From NCBI GenBank assembly GCA_009692185.1, contig SHZT01000008.1, positions 35,910-99,909 of the forward strand: a stretch of 64,000 bases of DNA. The letters are read 5' to 3'. Position numbers and translations under genes: made by a program. The notes under the pieces were generated by a model. That model was given only the letters and a program-made list of their open reading frames with translations. It was not told the DNA's origin and made no database searches. The DNA comes from Gemmatimonadota bacterium. Lineage in GTDB: Bacteria > Gemmatimonadota > Gemmatimonadetes > Gemmatimonadales > GWC2-71-9. Below, one piece after another: positions 9,046 to 17,012 of the stretch; position 1 is the stretch's first letter; each line of letters starts with the position of its first letter.

Positions 9046-9495
9046 TTGCGACAAACTGCCGACAACGTGGGCGCGCGGTCGTTCACGAACCTGCCGGTGC
9101 TCAAGACCAGGAACAGCCGGTTCATTGGGGGGCCGACGCGCATCGTGTACGAGCGCGTCGTCGAAGGAGAGGTGTCGGACAATGACTTCCCCGTCATGGT
9201 TGAAGAGATCCGGAGAGTCATGCAGAACGTGGGACAGGTCAGGGGTGGCGGGATCGGGCCGCTGGTTGCCGGCCTTGTGAACGGACTCGGCATGCATCCG
9301 GCCGGGTTCCTTCTGATGATTCCGTTGTGGTTGACGACCGTGTTCGCTACGGCGCGGACCACCTATCACTACAGCGCGAAGAGCCGAGCCCGGACGCTGG
9401 AAGAACTGGCGGATCGGTTGACCGTCCTGGCGCACGACCTGGTTGGCGAGCACAACCTCCCACCAAGGGCGGAGTCGCGCCGGCTGATCAGTTAG
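9046..9495 (+). CDS. hypothetical membrane protein
   Basis: ORF with two hydrophobic segments (GPLVAGLVNGLGMHPAGFLLMIPLWLTTVFATA). No recognised motif and the start is uncertain. Confidence 0.4.
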   Translation: MRQTADNVGARSFTNLPVLKTRNSRFIGGPTRIVYERVVEGEVSDNDFPVMVEEIRRVMQNVGQVRGGGIGPLVAGLVNGLGMHPAGFLLMIPLWLTTVFATARTTYHYSAKSRARTLEELADRLTVLAHDLVGEHNLPPRAESRRLIS

Positions 9496-10624
9496 CTGCG
9501 GGTATCCGCTCCACGAATTCCAGTCCTTCGGCTCCCAGGCACCGTCCTTCTGGTTTCGCGCGCCCCTGCCTCCACAGATCCAGCACGCACGCAGTCAGGT
9601 CTACCACGTTAGCGGCGATCCGGGAGGTCCCAGGCAGAGGCGTGCCCGGCACGAGCGTCGGAAACGAGGCGGCGATCGTGCCAAAGCTGGTGAACTGCCA
9701 ATGCTGGAGGTTGACGGCGCGAATCAGCAGGCGGTCGGTGCCGGTCAGTTCCCGCATCAGCGTGAAATCGGGAACGACGGTCGAGTCCACGTCCTGGAAG
9801 ACGTGGACGATCCCGCCATGAACCGCCCGGCGGTTCAGGGCGGAACTATCCAGCCATCCACGTCCCTGCGCATTCGCAATCCCGCCATCGAGGCTCACCA
9901 GCAATGAAATGCGGCGGTCCGCGAGAAGCAGCAGGCCGGCCCGCGCACCGAAGCTGTGGGCGACGACCGCGGTCTGTTCCCCATTCGCCCAGCCCCGCTT
10001 GACGACATCCGTGGCGGCCAACGCGAGATCCTGCGACTGGGCCCGGGCGGCTGGAAGGATGTCCGCATCCGTCTGCATGAACGGCCCGATGCGGCCCGGC
10101 GACGGGGTCGTGATGACCGCGTACCCCCGGCTCGCCAGGTACTCGCCCAGCACGGCATGGTTGTACGCGGCGTGGAAGTTGCCTTGGGCGATGAGGATCA
10201 GCGGGGGCCGGCCCGCCGCCCGGACGGCGTCGCGGACGGCCATCATGGGGCTCCCCAGCCACCGCCCGATATCGGCGCTGGGAACGCCGTTAGACGCGAG
10301 GAATTCCATGAAGCGCTGGATGGCGGCCGTGCCGTCGGCGGCTTCGTCGCCCCGTTCGGCAGCGGTGAGGGCGACGTAGTCGCTGTACTGCACCCGGTTT
10401 CCGGTCCCGCGCATCGCCGGGTACCACGCGGTGACCTGGATTGCGCGAGGACGGCCTTCGGTGAGCCGGGTGCTGTCCCGGATGATCCAGCTGGTGACCC
10501 CGACCTGGTTTTTTCCGGTGCTCAGCGACCCCCAGGATGGCGCCTGGGCCGGCAGCGCGTTGCCGAATGCGATCATCGCCGCAGCGACGATCTGCGCGAT
10601 CTGCGGCCTAGAACCGGATTTCAT
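9488..10624 (-). CDS. secreted alpha/beta hydrolase
   Basis: Signal peptide (IAQIVAAAMIAFGNALPAQA) and nucleophile elbow VVAHSFGARAG (GxSxG-type). Confidence 0.7.
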   Translation of the reverse strand: MKSGSRPQIAQIVAAAMIAFGNALPAQAPSWGSLSTGKNQVGVTSWIIRDSTRLTEGRPRAIQVTAWYPAMRGTGNRVQYSDYVALTAAERGDEAADGTAAIQRFMEFLASNGVPSADIGRWLGSPMMAVRDAVRAAGRPPLILIAQGNFHAAYNHAVLGEYLASRGYAVITTPSPGRIGPFMQTDADILPAARAQSQDLALAATDVVKRGWANGEQTAVVAHSFGARAGLLLLADRRISLLVSLDGGIANAQGRGWLDSSALNRRAVHGGIVHVFQDVDSTVVPDFTLMRELTGTDRLLIRAVNLQHWQFTSFGTIAASFPTLVPGTPLPGTSRIAANVVDLTACVLDLWRQGRAKPEGRCLGAEGLEFVERIPAAN

Positions 10625-11300
10625 GCACGGCCCACGCGCTGAACATGCCGACCGCGGCGCCGCCCAGCACGTCTGTCGGGAAGTGCTTGCCGCCTACGAC
10701 GCGGCCCACGCCGACGAGGGATGCGGCGGAAAACACCAGTACTCGCTGGAAGGGTTTGAGTCGCGCGCCCCGGCTCAGGACGTAGCTCGTCGCCAACGCG
10801 AAACCGATGCTCGTGTCACCCGAGGGAAACGAGCGCATGTTGTCCCGCGTCTTGGCGGCCGACTGGCCCAAGGCGCTGCTGGTGTACCAGGCCGGGCGCC
10901 TCCGGTGAAACGTCTCTTTCAGGACGCCCGCGATGCCGGCCGAGAGCAGCGTTGACTCCATGGAAGCACGCACGTGCGAAAAACCCGCCGCGTCGTCCCG
11001 CGCCATGTCCGTCCAGGTATACGCCAGGAGCCCGCCTATCGTCGCCCAACCGGCCACTTGGGGCGCCAGCAGTTCCTCGTGAATCGTCCACCGATCGAAC
11101 CGGTTCACCTCGGACCGGGGGCAGGGGCCGCAGGTGGGCATGACCGGCGCGGGGATCTGTTGGGACATGAAGATCAGGACGGGTCCGGACAGCGCTGCCA
11201 CGGCCTCTCTGAGCGTGGATCCCGATTGGGCGGGGGCGGGGCGCGGAACGAGGACAGACGACGCGAGAACCAGGAGCCCGACCCGGGCGGCGCGAGTCAA
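10608..11300 (-). CDS. PAP2-family phosphatase
   Basis: KETFHRRRP...SFPSGDTS...GRVVGGKHFPTDVLGG (PAP2 motifs C1-C3). TTG start at 11300 lies 8 nt after GGAGAAG. The stop overlaps the hydrolase start by 17 nt. Confidence 0.8.
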   Translation of the reverse strand: MTRAARVGLLVLASSVLVPRPAPAQSGSTLREAVAALSGPVLIFMSQQIPAPVMPTCGPCPRSEVNRFDRWTIHEELLAPQVAGWATIGGLLAYTWTDMARDDAAGFSHVRASMESTLLSAGIAGVLKETFHRRRPAWYTSSALGQSAAKTRDNMRSFPSGDTSIGFALATSYVLSRGARLKPFQRVLVFSAASLVGVGRVVGGKHFPTDVLGGAAVGMFSAWAVHEIRF

Positions 11301-11305
11301 GACGA

Positions 11306-11851
11306 CTACTTCTCCGCGCGCATGATGAAGTAAGGCAGGATGTTTCGGGGCTCGAACCGCATCGTCACCCGGCGGAAATACTTCTTGAGAAGGGGCCACA
11401 CGAGCGGCGTGTACTGGTAGACCACCATGCTCCCGCCCGCCGACAGCATTGCGTACGTGTTGGCGACCAGCGTCTCGCGGTCGGCGGGGGAGTAAAACGT
11501 GAGCGGGATGCTGGTGACTACGGCGTCGATGCGGGGAAGCCCGAATGAGCGCGGATCTTGGGACATGGCGAGCACATCCCCCTTGATGGCGCTGAACCGG
11601 GAGTCCTGGATCCTGCACAGCTCATCGTACATATGGTCATTTTGTTCGACCGCCGTCACGCGGGCATCGTCCGGCAGGCGATCGAGCAGCGACTGGCAGA
11701 GGACCCCGTCGCCCGCGCCGTATTCCACGATGAAGCGATACGCCTCGCCGACGGCCGCCGTCACCGCGCGCACCACGTACTTGGTGCTCTGTGTGATGGC
11801 GCCGACCTTGAGATCCTTGGCGTAGGTTCTAACGTAGCGCAGGGCGTCCAT
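11306..11851 (-). CDS. class I SAM-dependent methyltransferase (COG3963 phospholipid N-methyltransferase-like)
   Basis: VGAITQSTKYVVRAV...FIVEYGAGDGVLCQSLL (SAM-binding GxGxG) and about 180 aa in size. Confidence 0.65.
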   Translation of the reverse strand: MDALRYVRTYAKDLKVGAITQSTKYVVRAVTAAVGEAYRFIVEYGAGDGVLCQSLLDRLPDDARVTAVEQNDHMYDELCRIQDSRFSAIKGDVLAMSQDPRSFGLPRIDAVVTSIPLTFYSPADRETLVANTYAMLSAGGSMVVYQYTPLVWPLLKKYFRRVTMRFEPRNILPYFIMRAEK

Positions 11852-11968
11852 GACTTCTCCGGCTACCGAGCGCCCGTGGCGGCTTTGAGCAGGGGGACGT
11901 TTCCCTGACCGCTGAAGGGTACTTCCAGCGCGGTGCCCAGGGGAGTGTCCACCGATGCAGTGCCCAGC

Positions 11969-13399
11969 CTAGAACTTGGACCAGAGGTACTGGTTGGTGA
12001 CCTCGTGGTGGAACTGGATCTCGGCGGACTTGACCATGGTGCCGAGCGCCTTGGGGCAGCGGTCCGCCTGCATCTGTTTCAGATCGGCGAACTTCCCGTG
12101 CACGTCCTCTCCCAGGGTTTCCTTGAGGAACACGCTGCCCTTGTACAGGCGTATCGCATCATAAATGTTGTCGGAAAGAAAGCGCGTGCGGCTGCGCTTG
12201 TTCTCGTCGCCTTCCTCGATCGGGCCCTCGAGGCCCGTCCGGAAGATCGTGTAGATCGCGAGGTACGGGTTCGCGTCGGGCGCGATCGAGCGCACCTCCA
12301 CCCGCTTCGACCGCTCGTTCCCCAAAGGAATTCGGATCATGGAGCCGCGGTCGATTGGCGACGCCTTGATCTGGTTGGGCGCCTCGAAATGCGGGTCCAG
12401 CCGGCGGTAGGCGTTCACGCTGGAGTTGAGCAGGAGGCAGATCTCCGCGCCGTTCGAGAGAATCCGCTGGATGAACTCCCATCCGCCCTTCGAGAGCTGG
12501 TCCTGGCCCTTTTCGTCCCAGAACAGGTTCTTCCCCTTCTGTGCGATGGACACGTTCGTGTGCATACCGTTGCCGTTGATGCCGGTCACCGGCTTGGGGA
12601 GGAAGCACGCGGTCATGTCCATCCGGGCCGCGACCTGCCGGGACAGCAGCTTGTAGAGCTGTACCTGGTCCGCGGCGATACAGGCCTCGGCGTACCCGTA
12701 GTTCATCTCGAATTGTGAAGGCGCCACCTCCGGGTGGTCCTTTTCGTTGGCGAACCCCATGGCGCGCTGCACTTCCGCCGCGGTGTCGATGAACAGCCGG
12801 AGGGCGTCGCCCGGGAGCGAGTGGTAGTAGCCGCCGGTCGAGATGAAATCGAACTGGTTGGTCTCGTGATAGCGGCGCTCGGCATCCCTGCCCTTGAACA
12901 GGAATCCTTCGATCTCGTTCGCCGCGAACATCACGGTGCCGTTCTTCTTGAAGAGCTGCTCGCCGTACTGCTTGAGCAGGGCCCGCATGTCGGCGGAGTA
13001 CGGCTGGCCGTCCCGTTCGAGGACATCGGCGAACACGAGCACCTTGCCGGGCCCGAACACGTCGGATGGCATCCAGTAGAAGGCCGGCCAGTCTACGCGC
13101 AGGCGCAGGTCCGACTCCTGCTGGCGCGAGAAGCCCCGAATGGACGATCCGTCGAAGGTCAGGTTGTCCACCGACTTGAGCAGGAATTTCTTGTCGTAGT
13201 CCAGCATGTGGAAGCGGCCCTCGAGATCCGTGAAGCAGACAGTCACCGCCTTGATCCGTTTCTCGGCGGCCAGGTACTTGAGCCGCTCCTCCTGGATCTT
13301 GTCGGGTGACACGCGATCGAGACGCTGCTGTTTCGCGGCGAGGTTCTTCTCTTCGAGCTCTTCGTAGGGGATTTCAAGGAAATCGCGCAGTTCGGTCAT
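11969..13399 (-). CDS. glnA: glutamine synthetase (type I-like)
   Basis: FDGSSIRGF, INGNGMHTNVSI, NSSVNAYRRLDPHFEAP, IRIPLGNERSKRVEVRSIAPDANPYLA. Confidence 0.85.
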   Translation of the reverse strand: MTELRDFLEIPYEELEEKNLAAKQQRLDRVSPDKIQEERLKYLAAEKRIKAVTVCFTDLEGRFHMLDYDKKFLLKSVDNLTFDGSSIRGFSRQQESDLRLRVDWPAFYWMPSDVFGPGKVLVFADVLERDGQPYSADMRALLKQYGEQLFKKNGTVMFAANEIEGFLFKGRDAERRYHETNQFDFISTGGYYHSLPGDALRLFIDTAAEVQRAMGFANEKDHPEVAPSQFEMNYGYAEACIAADQVQLYKLLSRQVAARMDMTACFLPKPVTGINGNGMHTNVSIAQKGKNLFWDEKGQDQLSKGGWEFIQRILSNGAEICLLLNSSVNAYRRLDPHFEAPNQIKASPIDRGSMIRIPLGNERSKRVEVRSIAPDANPYLAIYTIFRTGLEGPIEEGDENKRSRTRFLSDNIYDAIRLYKGSVFLKETLGEDVHGKFADLKQMQADRCPKALGTMVKSAEIQFHHEVTNQYLWSKF

Positions 13400-13476
13400 G
13401 CGAGCTCCGGGGGCAAATTGTTGTCTGCTAGGGGCTCAACAGATAGTGACAAGCATAAACGCTGGTACCGCGGCCG

Positions 13477-13504
13477 TAAATACCATTGACTTTAGTATAA
13501 GCAA
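13477..13504 (-). promoter_or_regulatory. candidate sigma-70-type promoter of glnA
   Basis: Minus strand TTGCTT - 16 nt - TATTTA, with TGG immediately 5' of the -10 (extended -10 like). It lies in the only clearly AT-enriched stretch of this region. Confidence 0.35.
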
Positions 13505-13524
13505 GACCCGACGAAGCATAAAAC

Positions 13525-13554
13525 AAACGCCCCCAGCCTTTCAGCTGGGGGCGT
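13525..13554 (-). terminator. rho-independent terminator after LVIVD-1
   Basis: 12-bp stem AACGCCCCCAGC / GCTGGGGGCGTT with a 6-nt loop. On the minus strand it is followed by TGTTTTAT. Confidence 0.8.
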
Positions 13555-13579
13555 TGTAATTGTCGTGAAACTGAATCAG

Positions 13580-15019
13580 TTAGCGGACCGAGACCTTTGC
13601 TGGCGGCTTGGGAGCGCCGTCGGGTCCGTTGTCCCAGTCTTGCGCGTTGGAAACGTTGGGCAGGCCCCACTGGTGGCCGTTCCAGCCGCTGAAGCCTTCC
13701 ATGCGGAATCCCCACACGCCCGTGTGCATGTCGCTCACGACCATGAGGCCGTCCGCGTTCCGCACATCGATGCCCCAAGTGCCCGGCTCGCCGCCGGAAA
13801 GGCCCGCGCCCGCGGCGCCCTGCGCGTGCGGGCCATCGAACGTGTAGTAGTAGCCGACCGTGTACGGGTTCGTGGGATCCATCATGTTGAATACCTGGAG
13901 CCCATCCTCGTAGTCCGACACCATCACGTACGGCCAGCGGATCGCCACGTTGTGTGGCAGGCTGTTCCACTGGGGAATCCACGCGCCGATCGGGCGGTTG
14001 ATGTTCTTGACCGTCCCGTCGAGGCCGGGCTTCAGGTCGAAAATGCGCAGCGGCGCGTACTGGTACTCGGTCTCGACCACGGCGTAACGGCCCGTCGGGT
14101 CAACGACGAACGTGTGTGCGCGGCTGATGCCGGCGACGCCGGTCGCCGTGGTGAGGAGCTTGGGAGCCTTGAGGTCGGTGACGTCGTAGACCCAGAGGCC
14201 TCCGGCGCCCGCGCCGTAAAACACGTCCCGCTTGTTCGCCACGTCGTACTGGACGTAGAAGTCGTGATACGTCGCGTTGCGGCGCGCGGGCGTGGCAACG
14301 GCGGCTGCGCCCGGAGCCGGGGGACGCACCGGGCCGAGCATGGCGTCGTCGGCGTCGTTGGGCACGCGACCGACGAGCCAGCCGGCCGGGTCGCCACCGG
14401 CGACCACCTTGTCGATGTCGTAGACGTTGGCGAAGGAGCCGCTGCTCTGGGTGAAGAAGAGCGTCGCGCCGCTCGAGTGCTTGTAACCGAACGATTCGTG
14501 GAACCCGCCCAGGTTTTCCTTGTCGCGGATGCGGGCCACTTCCTTGACCTTCGACGTGTCGGGCAAGCCGGTGACGTCGTGGATGGTCGCGCCCAGGTCG
14601 TTGTCCGGGCCCCCGGCCTGGAATTGATAGGCGTTTGCGTAGTAGTAGCGGCCGTGCGTCTTGAAGTAGATGGGATTGAGCGAGCCCGCGCCGCGGTGCA
14701 GCTCGGCGTTCTCGATCCGCCACTCGTAAATCGTGTTCGCCTTCTTGGGATCCTTGATGCTGATGATGTCGAAGCCGGAGGGGATCATCCGCGCGATGAC
14801 ATACACGTAGGGCCGCGACAACTCCTGCTCGATCGCGATGTCCGCCGTGTGGCCGTCTCCACCAGCGCGCGGAATGTGAAACTGGATCTCCATGTTCTTG
14901 CTGCCGCCGGCCCGGGTTCCGGGAATCGGCTCGGCGCCGTAGGTCCCCTGCGCGAACGCCGGCGCTGTGCCGGCTGCCAGAAGGCCCAGGACCGCCGCAA
15001 TGGAAGACGCGCGACGCAT
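13580..15019 (-). CDS. secreted LVIVD-repeat beta-propeller protein, paralogue 1
   Basis: ATG 15019 lies 7 nt after AAGGAG. Signal peptide MRRASSIAAVLGLLAAGTAPAFAQ. Motifs: EQELSRPYVYV, AELHRG, FQAGGPDNDLGA, DVTGLPDT, IRWPYVMV, YEDGLQVFNMMDPTNP, GIDVRNADGLMVVSD, EGFSGWNGHQWGLPNVSNAQDWDNGP. Confidence 0.85.
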   Translation of the reverse strand: MRRASSIAAVLGLLAAGTAPAFAQGTYGAEPIPGTRAGGSKNMEIQFHIPRAGGDGHTADIAIEQELSRPYVYVIARMIPSGFDIISIKDPKKANTIYEWRIENAELHRGAGSLNPIYFKTHGRYYYANAYQFQAGGPDNDLGATIHDVTGLPDTSKVKEVARIRDKENLGGFHESFGYKHSSGATLFFTQSSGSFANVYDIDKVVAGGDPAGWLVGRVPNDADDAMLGPVRPPAPGAAAVATPARRNATYHDFYVQYDVANKRDVFYGAGAGGLWVYDVTDLKAPKLLTTATGVAGISRAHTFVVDPTGRYAVVETEYQYAPLRIFDLKPGLDGTVKNINRPIGAWIPQWNSLPHNVAIRWPYVMVSDYEDGLQVFNMMDPTNPYTVGYYYTFDGPHAQGAAGAGLSGGEPGTWGIDVRNADGLMVVSDMHTGVWGFRMEGFSGWNGHQWGLPNVSNAQDWDNGPDGAPKPPAKVSVR

Positions 15020-15111
15020 TTGCTTCTCCTTTGTGAAACGTCTGGTGAGGTTCAGGCACGGAAGACCGACCAAGTCAAACTATCGTCGGGCCCGTTGGAC
15101 GCAATGGGAGT

Positions 15112-15387
15112 TCAGCCCCCGGAAATGGCGGGCACCAGCGTCACTTCGTCTCCGTCCTTCACAATGGTATCGAGCCCGCCGCTGAACCGGATGTCCTCGT
15201 CGTTAAGGAAAATGTTAAGGAAGGGATGCGGTGCTCCCTGTTCATCCTTGATACGAGGTGCCAGTGCGGGGAACCGGTTCGCCACGCCGTTGATTACGTC
15301 GCGCACCGTGGAGGCGTCGAATTCGATAGCCCGCTGGTTGTCAGCCAGCCGGGAAAGCACCGTGGGCAAATGCAGCGTCACGCTCAT
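15112..15387 (-). CDS. MoaD/ThiS/CysO-type ubiquitin-like sulfur carrier protein
   Basis: 91 aa ending in ...FLNIFLNDEDIRFSGGLDTIVKDGDEVTLVPAISGG* (C-terminal Gly-Gly). Its start overlaps the upstream stop by 4 nt. Confidence 0.85.
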   Translation of the reverse strand: MSVTLHLPTVLSRLADNQRAIEFDASTVRDVINGVANRFPALAPRIKDEQGAPHPFLNIFLNDEDIRFSGGLDTIVKDGDEVTLVPAISGG

Positions 15388-16643
15388 GTCTGTCCCGCTT
15401 TCTCCACCAGTTCAGCGACTTGCTTGACCTTGGCGTCAATCAGGGGAATGTCCGGCAGGTCCGGACTCACCGCCTCGATGGTCTTGAGCCCGTTGCCGGT
15501 GATGCACAGTACCACTTCGTCTTTTTCCGTGAGGCGCCCGTTCTTCGCGAGCGCGAGCGCGCCCGCGACGACCACCCCACCAGCCGTCTCGGTAAAGACG
15601 CCGGCCGTTTCCGCCAGCAGGCGGATGCCCGCCACCAGGTCTGCGTCGGACACTCCCGCGACCCAGCCCCCCGTCGTCTTGATTGCCTGCGATGCGAACA
15701 GGCCGTCAGCCGGATTCCCAATGGCGATCGAGCGCGCGATGGTGTTCGGAATGACGGGCGTCACGCGGTCGGCGCCGGACTCCACCAGGTTGACGATCGG
15801 CGCGCACCCCGACGCCTGGGTGCCGTAGATCCGCGGCGGCGTTCCGCGGACGATTCCCGCCTTCAGGAACTCGCGGAACGCCTTTTCCAGCTTCGTGACC
15901 AGCGAGCCGCCGGCCATCGGCGCGACGACCGCGCTCGGAAGGCGCCAGCCTAGCTGCTCGGCGATTTCGAAACCGACGGTCTTCGATCCTTCGCCATAGT
16001 AGCCGCGCAAGTTCACGTTTACGATGCCCCAGCCGTACCGGTCGGCGAGCTGGGTGCAGAGCCGGTTCACGTCGTCATAGGTGCCGCGGACCCGGACGAG
16101 GTTGGGGCCGTACACGAGCGTCCCGATCACCTTGCCGACTTCGAGGTCGTGCGGAATGAAGATCCACGCCTTGAGGCCGGCGCGCGCGGCGTGCGCAGCC
16201 ACCGCGTTCGCGAGGTTGCCGGTCGAGGCGCAGCCCACCGTGTCGAGTCCCAGCGCGCGTGCCGCGTTCACGGCCGTCGCGACGACCCGGTCTTTGAAAG
16301 ACAGCGACGGATGGGAAACACTGTCGTTCTTGATCCACACACGGCCGACGCCGAGGCGTTGCGCGAGCGCCGGCGCTTCAAAGCACGGCGTGAACCCGGT
16401 GTCCAGTGAGAGCTCTGGCTCGCCGTTGAACGGCAGCCATTCATGGTAGCGCCAGAGGGAGCGTGCCCGTCCCGCAATCGTTTCGCGGTCCGGATACGCG
16501 CGGTCGGTGCCGTAGTCGGGGTCAAGCGGCCCCAGGCATTCCCCGCAAATGGCGTTGGCCTGCGGCTCGGCCGCCGTACCGCAGGCCCGGCACCGGAGCG
16601 GCAGGGCAGAGAGCTTCGAGTTCACTTGCGCTGGCGTTGCCAT
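15384..16643 (-). CDS. threonine synthase-like PLP enzyme with N-terminal zinc ribbon (candidate thiocarboxylate-dependent sulfhydrylase)
   Basis: LRCRACG...CGEC, then HPSLSFKDR (PLP lysine motif), ASTGNLANAVAAHAARAG, GNGLK. ATG 16643 is preferred over the 38-codon extension in the track. Confidence 0.8.
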   Translation of the reverse strand: MATPAQVNSKLSALPLRCRACGTAAEPQANAICGECLGPLDPDYGTDRAYPDRETIAGRARSLWRYHEWLPFNGEPELSLDTGFTPCFEAPALAQRLGVGRVWIKNDSVSHPSLSFKDRVVATAVNAARALGLDTVGCASTGNLANAVAAHAARAGLKAWIFIPHDLEVGKVIGTLVYGPNLVRVRGTYDDVNRLCTQLADRYGWGIVNVNLRGYYGEGSKTVGFEIAEQLGWRLPSAVVAPMAGGSLVTKLEKAFREFLKAGIVRGTPPRIYGTQASGCAPIVNLVESGADRVTPVIPNTIARSIAIGNPADGLFASQAIKTTGGWVAGVSDADLVAGIRLLAETAGVFTETAGGVVVAGALALAKNGRLTEKDEVVLCITGNGLKTIEAVSPDLPDIPLIDAKVKQVAELVEKAGQT

Positions 16644-16828
16644 GTTACGACCGACCCTCTCTCCAGGCCAGGTGTGCCGCGGGGACCACGGATGAAACGG
16701 ACGCAAAAAAAGCGGGGTAATGAGAAAGCCCGGGCTGAAGGAAAAGGCCGCGGGCATTCGCTTTTAGCGCGTTGTTTTACGTGGCGGCAATCTGCGGCAA
16801 ATCACCACGGGCCAACAATTGTAAGGGC

Positions 16829-16859
16829 ATCGTATCACTCGTGCCCCTGGCCTGTCAAG
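16829..16859 (-). promoter_or_regulatory. near-consensus sigma-70-type promoter ahead of the thrC-like/cysO-like operon
   Basis: Minus strand TTGACA (16859-16854) - 18 nt - TACGAT (16834-16829). This leaves a leader of about 175 nt before ATG 16643. Confidence 0.55.
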
Positions 16860-16979
16860 CGGAACGCCCGCCCGGACCGCTCCCGGCAGGGGCGCGTGGT
16901 CGTGCGGCCACGGACGCGGGCAAAGATTCTGAACGATGCAATTCGCCGCGATCGGCCTGCAGTCGCTGGGTCCTGGTTC

Positions 16980-17004
16980 GCGCGGCGGCGCTAGGCCGCC
17001 GCGC
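16980..17004 (-). terminator. GC hairpin 8 nt after the OMP reading frame (no U-tract)
   Basis: 10-bp stem GCGCGGCGGC / GCCGCCGCGC with a 5-nt loop. Confidence 0.45.
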
Positions 17005-17012
17005 TCACCCGG

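Noticed and set aside
13400-13476. Sigma-54 (-24 GG / -12 GC) promoter for glnA
   Set aside because: The only GG...GC candidate (GGTACCagcgtttatGC) has the wrong spacing relative to the TGGCAC-N5-TTGC consensus.
13565-15427. 620-aa plus-strand ORF
   Set aside because: It is antisense to LVIVD-1 and the CysO-like gene, with low-complexity Arg/Val/Asp/Gly composition and no recognisable domain.
16644-16757. 38-codon N-terminal extension of the thrC-like gene (MPAAFSFSPGFLITPLFLRPFHPW...)
   Set aside because: There is no RBS and the sequence is not protein-like. The zinc-ribbon N-terminus starting at ATG 16643 is the plausible start. The region is treated as 5' leader instead.
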